Source: an uncultured Planctomycetales bacterium
GTDB lineage: Bacteria; Planctomycetota; Phycisphaerae; UBA1845; Fen-1342
Reading direction: 5' to 3'
DNA length: 64,000 nucleotides
Assembly: GCA_964550375.1 (NCBI GenBank)
Contig: CAZJYX010000001.1
Location: 2,049 to 66,048, forward strand
Of the stretch, positions 1-10,024 are shown piece after piece (position 1 is the first letter of the stretch; each line of letters starts with the position of its first letter). A model generated the notes under the pieces. It was not told the origin of the DNA. It saw only the letters and a program-made list of their open reading frames with translations, and made no database searches. A program made the translations under genes and the position numbers.

Positions 1-142
1 GCATGGCCCTGTGCAGGGCGGTTTCCCCGTAGCCATCTGTCGAGTCAACGGGCGTACCGCGATCCAGCTCACGTTGCACGCCCGTGACGTCGCCGCTGGC
101 AGCCAGCCTATGCAGTGGGTAGGGATCACACCCCGCACTCAT
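1..142 (-). CDS. ankyrin-repeat protein (N-terminal fragment, runs off left edge)
   Basis: Minus-strand translation from ATG at 142-140 reads MSAGCDPYPLHRLAASGDVTGVQRELDRGTPVDSTDGYGETALHRAM. G-TPLH/GETALH spacing is a typical ANK repeat signature. Open to the window edge. Confidence 0.45.
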   Translation of the reverse strand, partial: MSAGCDPYPLHRLAASGDVTGVQRELDRGTPVDSTDGYGETALHRAM

Positions 143-227
143 GGCGACCAAGGCAACCAACGGAAGCAGTTGCCGCACCCTGCCGGTTAACGGCAGGCCC
201 TGCGCGACCCCGCGGCGCGGCCCTGGT

Positions 228-668
228 CTACGGGCGGGCATCATCACCCTCCACCTCGCAAGGGCACCCGCGAACGTGCCTATCGACGTAGCCGTCCCCG
301 GTCGAGCGGCCTGCGATGATCGCGTTTCGCATTGCGACCACTTGGGCGAGTTCGGCCTCGATTCGAGCGGTTCGCTTGCTCGCATCGATGGAATCCAGCT
401 CAATCTGCGGCCAGTTATCGATCTTAGCCGCCGACATGATGATAGGCTCTATGAGTTCCCAGGGCTCGATCAGTCCAACGCCGACAAGATCTTCAAGTGA
501 AGCCGGTGATTCGCCACAGCACACCTCATACTTGATCCCGGCCAAGCCCAGGCTCCTGATCTCCGAAGCGATAAAGACATCCCACCACCCGCGCTCCAGG
601 AACCTCGCGTAGAACACTGCTCCTGTGGCCGCAGCTATGACCGCGACAGCGAGCCCGGCGATGGTCAT
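228..668 (-). CDS. hypothetical membrane-anchored protein
   Basis: ORF 228..779; likely start MTIAGLAVAVIAAATGAVFYARF (one predicted TM helix). Lower-GC stretch; no recognisable domain. Confidence 0.3.
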   Translation of the reverse strand: MTIAGLAVAVIAAATGAVFYARFLERGWWDVFIASEIRSLGLAGIKYEVCCGESPASLEDLVGVGLIEPWELIEPIIMSAAKIDNWPQIELDSIDASKRTARIEAELAQVVAMRNAIIAGRSTGDGYVDRHVRGCPCEVEGDDARP

Positions 669-1196
669 GGTCCGGCGGGATGGACGCAAATTGCAGCCCC
701 GATCTTCAACAGGCAATTGGCCGAGCGCCAACCTCAATGCAACCCGGCCAACTGTGACACTTGCCGTGAAGCGGTACACCCCTGCGGATGATCACCGCTT
801 GCTTCTCCAAACTCGGACAACCAGGAACGCTGGCACCGCCCAGCAACATCGCGCCAACCAGAAGAAGCCCTGGCGGCACGGACCACTCCATGCATGTCCC
901 GTCAGCGAACGACTCCGCCACGGTTCCGCCAAGGCGCGTTCAACCGCGCGTTCATCCCACCCACGGCCCGCCACCACCTCCTGCAACGTGCCGCAGTGGC
1001 GGTGTTACGGGGCCAAAGGACACGAGCCACCCGCCCACACCGACCGTGCAGGCACTAGAAGAGCTTAGCAGGAAAACGAGCGCGGCTCAACAGAAGCCGA
1101 TCACAAGCTTCTGCCGCCGGCCGGGTCGGCGGCGTTGGCATCGAGGGGCGGAGATATCAGAAGCCACATCGTCGCCGCGGGACCGTTGGGCCGGCG

Positions 1197-1664
1197 TCAG
1201 CGGGCGCGGATGGCCATTATGAGGTAGTCGTCGTTGGCGAGTGAGCCGCAGCCGTAGGGGACGAGGGTGCCGGCGCGGTTGGTGACCGTGCACTTGAGTA
1301 CGCTGGTCTGCTTCTGGCCCTCGCGTTTGGTGACTTCGATATCGAGCTTGACCTGCTTGTCGCCGTCCGCGCGGGCCTGGGGGGTGATCTTGACCTCGTA
1401 GCCCTCGATGAGCGTGGTTGTGAAAGGCTTGCCTTGCTCAGCGCGCTGGGAAGTGCGGCGTTCGAGCTTGAAGCCGGTGTACTTGAACTGCTTCTGGAGC
1501 GACTTGGCCAGCTCGCGCAGCTCGGGGGCGACGTCCTTGTTCTTGGTCGTCGCGCGCACGGCCCAGACCTCGACCTGGAAGGGCTGTCTGTCTTGAGCCT
1601 GGGACGCCAGGGGTACCAGCAGCCCGGACACGATCAGCAAGAGCGCGGCGTGGAGATTCGGCAT
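1197..1664 (-). CDS. hypothetical secreted protein
   Basis: 155 aa with N-terminal signal peptide MPNLHAALLLIVSGLLVPLASQAQ; K/E-rich mature part. Confidence 0.55.
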   Translation of the reverse strand: MPNLHAALLLIVSGLLVPLASQAQDRQPFQVEVWAVRATTKNKDVAPELRELAKSLQKQFKYTGFKLERRTSQRAEQGKPFTTTLIEGYEVKITPQARADGDKQVKLDIEVTKREGQKQTSVLKCTVTNRAGTLVPYGCGSLANDDYLIMAIRAR

Positions 1665-1910
1665 GGTCCTACTCCCAGTACGGCGGCAACCAAGGCCTTC
1701 CAGGGCGCATTGTGGGCCCGGCGGCAGTGGGACGCCAGTGGAGTCGGCGGCCCGCCGGCGCGGGCGCCTACCGTTCGGACGGCCCGGCCGGGGGCCGTAT
1801 TCAGATGGAACCGGTGGTGGGCATACTCAACCGGGCCGGTCCGGAGGTGGACATTCAACCTGGTCGGCGGGGTTATGCGACAGTGCCGGTCTGAGAAGCG
1901 GGCAATGTTG

Positions 1911-2837
1911 TCAGGCCGGGTTGCCCTCGTCCTTGCCAGCCGGGAAGGCCTTCTCCATGCCTTCAAGGAAGGCCCACTGGGCGCGGATCTCGGCGCGGAT
2001 TTCGTCGCGATCGATCGTTTTGGAATGGTAGCGGCGCTGACCGTCTAGGTACTCCGCCAGCGGCGTACCGTCCGGGCGTATGTTGATGCGGTAGCGGACG
2101 CCGTCGAAGACCTCGTAGATGGGGAAGAGGCCGCAGCCGACGGCGGCGCGGATCAGGTCGACGCTCTCGGTCGGTTCGGATTTCCAGCCGGTCGGGCAGG
2201 GCGAGAGCAGCAGCAGGAAGCGGAAGCCGCGGGTGCGGCGGGCGGTGCGGATCTTGCGGAGGAAGTCGTCGCGGTGGGCGACGGAGAGAGTGGCGGCATA
2301 AGGCACGCGGTGGGCCGCCATGATGCCCATGATGTCCTTCTTGCGTTCGGTCTTGCCGGCCGCGGTGGTCGTGGTGCGGACGCCCAGCGGGGTGGCGCTG
2401 CTACGCTGGCCGCCGGTGTTGCCGTAGATTTCGTTGTCGTAGCAGACGTAGATGATGTCTTCGTTGCGTTCGGCGGCGGCGGAGAGGGTAGCCATGCCGA
2501 TGTCGTAGGTGCCGCCGTCGCCGGTCCAGCAGACGGTGGGGTTGGGTTCCTGATTGAGGCGGCGGACGACGCTGACGCCGGTGGCGACGGCGGGCGAGCT
2601 GGCGAAGGTTGTGGCGACGGTGGGTACGCCGTAGGCGCTGGTCGGGAACTGGCCGGCGGTGACGATGCCGCAGCAAGCGGGGATGCAGAGGGTGGGTTTT
2701 TCGCCGTCGAGGCCCTGTTCGAGGAATTGGAGGCCGAGGGACATGCCGCAGCCGGCGCAGTTGGTGTTGCCGGGGCGCAGGATGCCGTCGCAGCGGACGA
2801 AGGTGTTCGTGGGGGTATCGCTGGTTGCCGTGCTCAT
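1911..2837 (-). CDS. porB: pyruvate/2-oxoacid:ferredoxin oxidoreductase beta subunit (TPP-binding)
   Basis: TPP motif GDGG...YDNEIYGNTGGQ. Overlaps the upstream alpha gene by 4 nt (ATGA coupling). Confidence 0.9.
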   Translation of the reverse strand: MSTATSDTPTNTFVRCDGILRPGNTNCAGCGMSLGLQFLEQGLDGEKPTLCIPACCGIVTAGQFPTSAYGVPTVATTFASSPAVATGVSVVRRLNQEPNPTVCWTGDGGTYDIGMATLSAAAERNEDIIYVCYDNEIYGNTGGQRSSATPLGVRTTTTAAGKTERKKDIMGIMAAHRVPYAATLSVAHRDDFLRKIRTARRTRGFRFLLLLSPCPTGWKSEPTESVDLIRAAVGCGLFPIYEVFDGVRYRINIRPDGTPLAEYLDGQRRYHSKTIDRDEIRAEIRAQWAFLEGMEKAFPAGKDEGNPA

Positions 2838-4006
2838 GCCGCCACCTCTTTCCAGACGGGCTCTTCGGCCTGCTTGCGCTGCTTGAGGTCGTCGAGGATC
2901 TCTTCGATGATCTGGGGCGTGACGTCGCCGCCGCCGAGGCCGACGAGGTAATCCTGCAGCAGGACGTCGGGCCGCTGGCGCAGGGTAGTGGCGATCTCGC
3001 CCCAGAAGATGCCGCCGGAGCCGGGGGAGTGATTTCGATCAAGGACGCCGACGCGTTTGGCCGAGCCGATGGCGTGGATGAAGGCGTCGCGCAGGAAGGG
3101 GCGGAAGAGCTTGACCTTGACCATGCCGACCTTCTCGCCGCGCTCGCGGCGGTCCTTGACGACGCGGCGCAGCGTGCGGGCCATGGTGTTGCAGGCGACG
3201 AGGACGGTTTCGGCGTCTTCGGTGTATTCGGCGGTGAAGGCGCCGTCGGGGCGGCGTCCAAACACGGCCGCGAACTCGTCGAGGGCCTCGTTCAGGACGG
3301 CCGGGACGTTCTCCATGGCGGACTGGATTTCGCGGCGGTGCTTCTCGGTCTCGCGCGGCCAGGTGAGGCCACCGACGGTGGCGGCGTGCTCGAAATCGAG
3401 CTGGTGCGGCAAGTTCAGCTTTGGCAGATATTTCTCGACGAGGTCCTGCGCGGGGATGTCCACGGCCATCTGGGTGTGCGAGAGGATGAACCCGTCTTCG
3501 GCTACGAGGGCGGGCAGCAGTACGCGGTGGTCCTCGGACATGCGAAACGCGACCAGGATGGTGTCAACCAGGTCCTGGTGCGATTCGCAGTAGAACTGGG
3601 TCCAGGCGGCGTCGCGCAGCGACAGGCTGTCGCCCTGATCGACCCAGATGTTCCAGGGCGGGCCGAGGGTGCGGTTGACCGCGATCATGACGATGGGCAA
3701 GCGGTAGTAGCCGGCGGCGAAGACGTTCTCGTTCATGTAGGCCAGGCCGTTAGAAGAGCTGGCCGTGAACGAGCGGGCCCCGGCCAGGGCGGCACCGATG
3801 CAGACGCCCATGGCGCTGTGCTCGGATTCGACCGGGACGATGTGGCCCTTGGTGAAATTGAAGGCGCGGAGGTACTCGATGATCTCGGTTTGCGGCGTGA
3901 TCGGGTACGCCCCGGCGCAGCAGCCGCGGGCGTCGCGATTAGCCTCGCCCGCCAAGGCCAGCGCGGCTCCGGCCGCGTGGTTCCCGGTTACCAGGGTGCG
4001 TGCCAC
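2834..4006 (-). CDS. porA: pyruvate/2-oxoacid:ferredoxin oxidoreductase alpha subunit
   Basis: Strong similarity pattern to PorA/VorA/KorA alpha subunits (TGNHAAGAALALAG... onwards). Likely GTG start at 4006 preceded by GGAGG. Confidence 0.85.
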   Translation of the reverse strand: MARTLVTGNHAAGAALALAGEANRDARGCCAGAYPITPQTEIIEYLRAFNFTKGHIVPVESEHSAMGVCIGAALAGARSFTASSSNGLAYMNENVFAAGYYRLPIVMIAVNRTLGPPWNIWVDQGDSLSLRDAAWTQFYCESHQDLVDTILVAFRMSEDHRVLLPALVAEDGFILSHTQMAVDIPAQDLVEKYLPKLNLPHQLDFEHAATVGGLTWPRETEKHRREIQSAMENVPAVLNEALDEFAAVFGRRPDGAFTAEYTEDAETVLVACNTMARTLRRVVKDRRERGEKVGMVKVKLFRPFLRDAFIHAIGSAKRVGVLDRNHSPGSGGIFWGEIATTLRQRPDVLLQDYLVGLGGGDVTPQIIEEILDDLKQRKQAEEPVWKEVAA

Positions 4007-4019
4007 CTGGGCCTCCTCT

Positions 4020-6242
4020 CTAGAGTTCCTGCATGAAAACCACGCCGCGCGGACACTGCGAGGCACAAATCCCGCAGCCCTTGCAGTAGTCGAAGTTGAA
4101 GCTGTACCGGCAGTCGCCGTCGTGGAGCATGACGCCTTCGGGGCAGTAGGTCAGGCAGCGGTCACACTCGTTGCAGACGCCGCAACTGAAGCAACGCAGG
4201 GCCTCCTCGTAGGCCGCTTCGTGGCCGGGCTCGTCGATCAGGCCCAGTCGCACCTCGGTGAAGCTGCCGCGGCGCACTTCCGCCGGGATGATGGCGGGCT
4301 TCTCGCGTGGCTGGTGGGAGAAGACGTGCATGCGGATGGCTTCCGGGCCGGCGACCGGTGCCGGCGGGGGCGGGAAGAGGTCTTCGTCCGTGAGCGTCTT
4401 GTGGATGTGCAAGGCAGCCCGCCGGCCGCTGCCGATGGCGGCGGTTACGGTGCCGGCGTTGGTGGCGAAGTCGCCGCCGGCGAAGACGGGTGCGGCCGTC
4501 AGACCGAGCAGTTGCTCGCCGTGGCGGACGTCGGAACCTTCGGGCAGGATCGACAGGTCGCCGCTCTGGCCGAGGGCGAGGAGGACCTTGTCACACTCGA
4601 TCTCGAAGATGGCGTCTTCGCTCTCAAGCGGGACGGGGCGGCGCCGGCCGGACTCGTCCGGCTCGCCGAGCTTCATCCGTTGGCAAGTCAGCACCGTGCC
4701 CGTGGCGTTATTGTGCAGCCGCAACGGGGCGACCAGCTCGTCCAACTGGATGCGTTCTTCGAGGGCCTCGTCGATCTCCTCGGCGATGGCGGGCATCTCG
4801 GCGCGGGTGCGGCGATAGACGACGCGCACGTTGCGGGCCCCAACGCGCAGGGCGGTGCGGGCCGCGTCCATGGCCGTGTTGCCGCCGCCCAGAACGACGA
4901 CGCGTTGGCCGGTCAGGTGCACGTGGCCGCGGCGGGCCTGGTCGAGGAAGTCGATGCCCTGCATGACCATGTCGGCCGCGAGGTTGCCCAGGTTCAGTGA
5001 GCGCAGCTCCTGCAGGCCGGTTGCCACGAAGACGGCGGCATACTCGTTAGTGAGCTTCAGTAGCGCGGCCCGGTCGACGTGTTGCCTGGTCTTGGCTTCG
5101 ACGCCGTGCCGCAGGATGAAGCTGATCTCGTGGTCGAGCACGTGGCGCGGCAGGCGGTATGAAGGGATGCCGGTGCGCATCACGCCGCCGATCTCGTCGC
5201 CGGCCTCGAGCAACGTGACGTGGTAACCCAGGCGGGCCAGGTGGTAGGTGGCGCTCAGGCCGGCCGGGCCGGAGCCGACGACCGCGACGCGCTCGTTGCG
5301 CGTGGGGCGGGTGGGCTGCGGCCAGACGGCGTGATCGGAGATGTAGCGCTCAATGTCGCGAACATTGACCGGCTCGTCGTGCGCGCGCCGATTGCAGGCT
5401 TCCATGCAGGGCGCGGGACACACGCGGCCGCAGATGCCGGGGAATGGGGATGTCTTGAGAATAATGGCGAGGGCGGCGTCGTAGTCTTTCCGCTGCGCGA
5501 CGGCCTGGACGAAGCCGCGAACGTCGTTGCCGGCCGGGCAGCCATCGTTACAGGCAGGCATCAACTCGTGTCGGCTTGGTCGCCGCGAGGCCCACGTGCC
5601 AGTGCGAATGACGGGCATGCCGCCGACTTCCTCGTCGAGGATCCCGACCACCGGTCCGTTGGCGGCGCGCTGCTTCGAGGGCTGCGCCTTGCCGGCCAGT
5701 CGCTGGCCGACAACGGCGTCGTAGGCCTCGCGGGCCACCGTGACATTGGCCCCGCCGAATTTCATCTCCGCCAAGGCCGCCTCTACGTCCGCGAACTCGA
5801 GCTCAAGCAGCTTACCGGCGGCCCCCAGCAGGGCGGTGTTCACGATCGGGACGGTCTTGGTTCCCAGGCCGTGGGCCACGGCGATGGCATTGGCGTCAAC
5901 GGTCGCGACGCGGCGGCCGGGCAAAGACTCGGCGAAACTCTCCGGGGCCTCGTGCGTGTTGATGATGATCCAGCCGTCGGGCTTTAGACCAGAAAGGACG
6001 TGCGGGCCGAGCAGGGTCTGCTCGACCACAATCACGTGATCCGGCTCCTGGATCTGGTTGTGATTGGTGATCTCCTCGTCGTCGGCGCGCATGTAGGCCT
6101 GGATTGGGGCGCCGGAGCGCTCCGCGCCGTAGACGCCGAAGGCCTGCACATGTTTGCCGCGCAGGAAGTAGGTTGTGGCGATCAGCTTCGCGAGCGTGAC
6201 GCCACCCCGACCACCGCGTCCGTAGATCGTCAGTTCGATCAT
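4020..6242 (-). CDS. fusion protein: PFOR gamma subunit + GltD/NfnB-like NAD(P)H:FAD/Fe-S oxidoreductase + PFOR delta (2x[4Fe-4S] ferredoxin) domain
   Basis: N-terminus MIELTIYGRGGRGGVTLAKL (PorG). Middle has GRVCPAPCMEAC, VAVVGSGPAGL and VVVLGGGNTAMDAART (GltD/SudA-like). C-terminus CFSCGVCNECDRCLTYCP...CKGCGICASQCP (PorD). Confidence 0.85.
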   Translation of the reverse strand: MIELTIYGRGGRGGVTLAKLIATTYFLRGKHVQAFGVYGAERSGAPIQAYMRADDEEITNHNQIQEPDHVIVVEQTLLGPHVLSGLKPDGWIIINTHEAPESFAESLPGRRVATVDANAIAVAHGLGTKTVPIVNTALLGAAGKLLELEFADVEAALAEMKFGGANVTVAREAYDAVVGQRLAGKAQPSKQRAANGPVVGILDEEVGGMPVIRTGTWASRRPSRHELMPACNDGCPAGNDVRGFVQAVAQRKDYDAALAIILKTSPFPGICGRVCPAPCMEACNRRAHDEPVNVRDIERYISDHAVWPQPTRPTRNERVAVVGSGPAGLSATYHLARLGYHVTLLEAGDEIGGVMRTGIPSYRLPRHVLDHEISFILRHGVEAKTRQHVDRAALLKLTNEYAAVFVATGLQELRSLNLGNLAADMVMQGIDFLDQARRGHVHLTGQRVVVLGGGNTAMDAARTALRVGARNVRVVYRRTRAEMPAIAEEIDEALEERIQLDELVAPLRLHNNATGTVLTCQRMKLGEPDESGRRRPVPLESEDAIFEIECDKVLLALGQSGDLSILPEGSDVRHGEQLLGLTAAPVFAGGDFATNAGTVTAAIGSGRRAALHIHKTLTDEDLFPPPPAPVAGPEAIRMHVFSHQPREKPAIIPAEVRRGSFTEVRLGLIDEPGHEAAYEEALRCFSCGVCNECDRCLTYCPEGVMLHDGDCRYSFNFDYCKGCGICASQCPRGVVFMQEL

Positions 6243-6576
6243 TCCGCACCCACTTCCGGCTCATGCGCGACCCGAGCCAGGATACCGTCCCGGCCGCGCT
6301 GCAGATCAGCCCGGCGACCAGAGTAACGTAGCGGCCGCCCGGGTCGAAGACGGTCGAAGCGCACCTCGGATGACCGCAGGCTGCGGGGCAATCCGCGTTC
6401 CGGCGTTCTTGTTCCTATAATATCGGTATCCATATGACTTAGGCGGCGTTCAGCAGACTGGCAGCAGCCGGGTCGTACGGTTCTGTGGGCTTGCAGGTGG
6501 AGCCCGCTGCGGATTTTTGGCCCCCGGTTGCGCAAACACACGCGCGGGCCGGCGGCGGACCAGGGCACGCGGCGGG

Positions 6577-7650
6577 TCACAACGCCACGCGGATCCGGCC
6601 TTTCTGCCACTCCTTCACCAGCAGGCGGACCTCCTCTACCGTGACCGCGAGACGTTCTACCGTCAGGAGGAGTGCCTCGTAGAGCTTCGGATCGTGTGAC
6701 AGCCGACCCAGCGAGCCCTCGCCCCGTGCGATCCGGCCCAGGGTCTCGTTCAGCAGGCCGAGCCCGTCGCTGGCCTGCTCGAGAACGGTGCGCGCGCTGC
6801 GGGACACGCTCACGACTTCGGCGTCGATGCGCTCGACGGCGGTCTGGGTGGACTCCATCAACTGTCGAGCACTGCTGACAACCTCCTTGGCCTCCTGGAC
6901 GCCGGTTTGCAGATCGGCGGTCATCTGGCGGGCGTCTTCACTGACGGCGTGGAAATTGGCGACCGCCTCCCTGAGGTGGCTCTTAACCTGCGGATCGCCG
7001 AGCACTTCGTTGAAGTGGCCCAGGGCGCTGTCGATGCGTACGGCGGCACTGGCGAGGTTCCCCGGGAGTCCGCCGGGCCGGTCGACCTCGGCAGGGGTAC
7101 GTTTGACCAGGATTTCGTGGAGGTCCTCCAACACCGGCTTGAGGGCGGCGGCGGCCTCGCCGACCTGGGCGGCAGTGCGGTCGAAGGTGAGGCGAATGTC
7201 CTCCGGCACAATGGCGTCTACGGCTCGGCGCATGGTGCCGCGGATCTCCGCATCGGGCGGCAAGTGGCCCAAGCGCGGATCGCCGGGAACGATCTGAACG
7301 GGCGGACGGCCCAGACCCAGGCCGGGCTCGGTCGTCACCGCGGTGCTGCCTTGCGGGATTCTGCCACGGTATTCGTCGCGTATTATCGCGGTGACGCGCA
7401 CGCCCTGGTCAAAGCGTTCGGTGCTGACGAAGCTGATACTGTCGATCCGGCCCACGCGGATTCCGGCCAATGTGACCGGGTTGCCTTCGCGGACTCCGCC
7501 GGCAGTGTCAAACACGATGTGAAGCGGGTAGCCCGCCCCCCCCAGCAGTTCGGTCGGGCCGCGGCCGAACAAAACGACCAGAACGCCAAGCACACCGAGT
7601 CCAACCAGGACAAACAAGCCGACGAGCAGATTCTGGCGCATTTCGTGCAT
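6577..7650 (-). CDS. MCE-family (MlaD-like) protein
   Basis: N-terminal TM helix, then Mce domain (GNPVTLAGIRVGRIDSISF...) and C-terminal helical region. Confidence 0.75.
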   Translation of the reverse strand: MHEMRQNLLVGLFVLVGLGVLGVLVVLFGRGPTELLGGAGYPLHIVFDTAGGVREGNPVTLAGIRVGRIDSISFVSTERFDQGVRVTAIIRDEYRGRIPQGSTAVTTEPGLGLGRPPVQIVPGDPRLGHLPPDAEIRGTMRRAVDAIVPEDIRLTFDRTAAQVGEAAAALKPVLEDLHEILVKRTPAEVDRPGGLPGNLASAAVRIDSALGHFNEVLGDPQVKSHLREAVANFHAVSEDARQMTADLQTGVQEAKEVVSSARQLMESTQTAVERIDAEVVSVSRSARTVLEQASDGLGLLNETLGRIARGEGSLGRLSHDPKLYEALLLTVERLAVTVEEVRLLVKEWQKGRIRVAL

Positions 7651-7792
7651 GTTTTGGCACTCCCGTGGGGCCGGTCGCCCAGGTGCGAGAAAAGCGGCAG
7701 CCGAATGCCGGGCCGGCGGCAGGGGCTCCGTTGCCCGCGCGCCGTGATCATACTACACTATTTACTCGTCTTGCTTAACTTAGGAGGCGGTC

Positions 7793-8179
7793 GTGGCCAA
7801 GAGCCTGGACGGAAAGACAATCCTGATCGTTGATGATGATCCCGACATCGTGGCGCTGATCACGGCCGGGCTGGACGACACGGGGGCCACCGTCGAGTCG
7901 GCATCCGACGGCATCACGGCGGGCAGAATGGTTGAGGAGCGGGATCCCGACCTGGTGATTCTGGACATCATGTTGCCCCAGAAGAGCGGGTTCCTGGTTC
8001 TGGAGAAGCTGCGCAAGGGCCGGCCGCGCGGCAGCCGGCCATACGTGGTCATGATCACCGGCAACGAGGGACGTCGCCACCGGCAGTATGCTGAGGCGCT
8101 GGGGGTCGACGGCTACCTGAACAAGCCGTTCCGCATGGAGCGGTTACTGGAAATCACTGAGAAGCTGCTGAGCGACTGA
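7793..8179 (+). CDS. response regulator receiver domain protein (CheY-like, stand-alone)
   Basis: ILIVDDDPDIV...DLVILDIMLP...YLNKPF receiver motifs including the phospho-acceptor Asp. Confidence 0.85.
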   Translation: MAKSLDGKTILIVDDDPDIVALITAGLDDTGATVESASDGITAGRMVEERDPDLVILDIMLPQKSGFLVLEKLRKGRPRGSRPYVVMITGNEGRRHRQYAEALGVDGYLNKPFRMERLLEITEKLLSD

Positions 8180-8181
8180 GT

Positions 8182-8964
8182 ATGGCTGGAGCGCGCCTGG
8201 CGGCTTGGCTCGACTCGTACCGGGCCGGGTTGCAGGCCACGTTGCGGCTAGCGCGGCGCGACGGATTCCGCGCCGTGAGCGCGAACGCGGCGGGTCCGGA
8301 CTGGGATCCGCGCGGGTTCTCCGGCAGCGCGCGCCGCCACTTGGCGCGCTATCTGCGCGACCTGGGCCTGGTGCTGCGTGAAGTGGTGCTGGCCTGGTCC
8401 GGCTGCGGCCTGGCGGAGGCCGAACATGTGGACGCGCGGCTGGAGCGCTGCACTAGCAGTCTGGAGTTCGCGGCGGATTTAGAGGTGCGCCGCGTCGGGG
8501 TGACACTCGGGGGCTTCGCTGAGGAACGTACGCGGGGTCTGGCGGGCGAGCTTCTGTCCGTAGTGGCGAACCAGGCTGACCGGTTCGGCGCCGAGGTCAC
8601 GATATATGGAGGGGAGGAGCCGATGGCGGCGACGGCGGCGGCGATTCGCGCGCTGGGCTGTCGGGACGTGCGTTTGGGGTTTGACACGCTGCAACTGGTG
8701 GACGGGCCGGCGTCGCTGGAAGCCAGTGCCGACATCGCGGGTGGAGTCGTGTTGCGTGATGCGCGGCGCGTGGGGCAGCAGACCGAGGAAGCGCCGTTCG
8801 GCCGGGGGGAGATCGACTTTCGGCGGTTGCTTGCTGTTCTGGCCGGGCATGAGCATGACCGCACGCTGGCGATCCGTCGGGACAGCGGCCGGCCGGAAGT
8901 TGACGCGATGCGGCAAGGACGCGAGTATATGCAGTTGCTGATGGAGCGCGTTTTGGCGCGTTAG
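8182..8964 (+). CDS. TIM-barrel protein, possibly sugar-phosphate isomerase/epimerase (xylose isomerase-like) family
   Basis: 260 aa. Starts 3 nt after the receiver gene stop, so probably co-transcribed. Family call is by weak pattern only. Confidence 0.4.
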   Translation: MAGARLAAWLDSYRAGLQATLRLARRDGFRAVSANAAGPDWDPRGFSGSARRHLARYLRDLGLVLREVVLAWSGCGLAEAEHVDARLERCTSSLEFAADLEVRRVGVTLGGFAEERTRGLAGELLSVVANQADRFGAEVTIYGGEEPMAATAAAIRALGCRDVRLGFDTLQLVDGPASLEASADIAGGVVLRDARRVGQQTEEAPFGRGEIDFRRLLAVLAGHEHDRTLAIRRDSGRPEVDAMRQGREYMQLLMERVLAR

Positions 8965-9043
8965 TGGATGGCCGCCGGTCAGGTGCGGCCCGCCGGGCGT
9001 ACCGGGGTAACGAGTACTTGTTCAAGCAGGAAAGGTACTGAGC

Positions 9044-9895
9044 ATGATATGGTCGCTATGTTCTCTCGTCTTATTGCTGCAGCCGGCGCCCCATTTGACC
9101 ATGGTGCCGACCGAGGCGCAACAGCCCGCGGAAGACGCGCCCGTATACGATGAAGGGCCGCTGGCAGTGGCCGTCGTGGCGATCTTTGACGCCCGTTACT
9201 GGTTCGAGCACACCCGGACGGGAACGCGTGAATCCGAGATGCGCATGCAGATACGGATATCGGGCGAGGACATCAAGAAGATCGTGCGGGCCGGAGAAGT
9301 GATCTTCACCGAGGTGGTTGACGATACGGGCAAGAGCCTGGTCGACCCGCAGAGTTACACGGAAGAACAGAAGACCCAGACGCGGCCGGTGAACGCCGCG
9401 CCGGAACGTCTCCGCGAGCAGGGCCTGATGACCGGGACGCGGTTCGGCTCACCGGCACGGGGCGCCAAGACGGTCAAGCTGGTCGGCTCCGTGCGTGTCG
9501 TCAAGGCGGCGGACCGCGAGGAGGTCACCATTGATAACCCGCTGCAATACGTCGGCCAGACCATTGAGAACCCGCGGCTGAAAGAGCTTGGCATCGAGGT
9601 CAAGGTCGTGCCGGTCGCCGAGTTGCCGGGCAGCCCGCCGCCCGCGGATCAGATGATTGCGCTGCAGTACCTGCGGGGCGACCAGCAGATCGCCGGCATC
9701 AAGCTGCTCGACGGTTGGATGAAGCCCGTGCGGTACCGCGAGCGGCCGATGAACACGATGAGTGGTGATCCGGTAGCCGCCTACCTGGCCCAGGGCAGCG
9801 CGCTGGACGAGAACACGCAGCTAGTGCTGGAGGTGTTCCCGCATGTCGAGGAAACCGAAGTGAAAATCAATCTCGACGCCGTCCGGCTGCCCTAA
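9044..9895 (+). CDS. hypothetical protein
   Basis: 283-aa ORF with a hydrophobic N-terminus; no recognisable domain. Precedes the flippase gene. Confidence 0.45.
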   Translation: MIWSLCSLVLLLQPAPHLTMVPTEAQQPAEDAPVYDEGPLAVAVVAIFDARYWFEHTRTGTRESEMRMQIRISGEDIKKIVRAGEVIFTEVVDDTGKSLVDPQSYTEEQKTQTRPVNAAPERLREQGLMTGTRFGSPARGAKTVKLVGSVRVVKAADREEVTIDNPLQYVGQTIENPRLKELGIEVKVVPVAELPGSPPPADQMIALQYLRGDQQIAGIKLLDGWMKPVRYRERPMNTMSGDPVAAYLAQGSALDENTQLVLEVFPHVEETEVKINLDAVRLP

Positions 9896-10024
9896 TACGC
9901 TACGGTCCGTGTCGGCCGCCCACCGAGGCGGCGGCGTAAACCCGAGACCTTGCGAGGCGGCGACGTGGCAGGTCGGACTGCCGCGTGGCCGCCTTGTTGC
10001 CTGCGGTCGCCGTTAGGGCCACCC

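Noticed and set aside
2401-3261. 286-aa R/P/S-rich minus-strand ORF and several overlapping plus-strand ORFs across the por operon
   Set aside because: Overlap the well-supported porA/porB frames; extreme low complexity.
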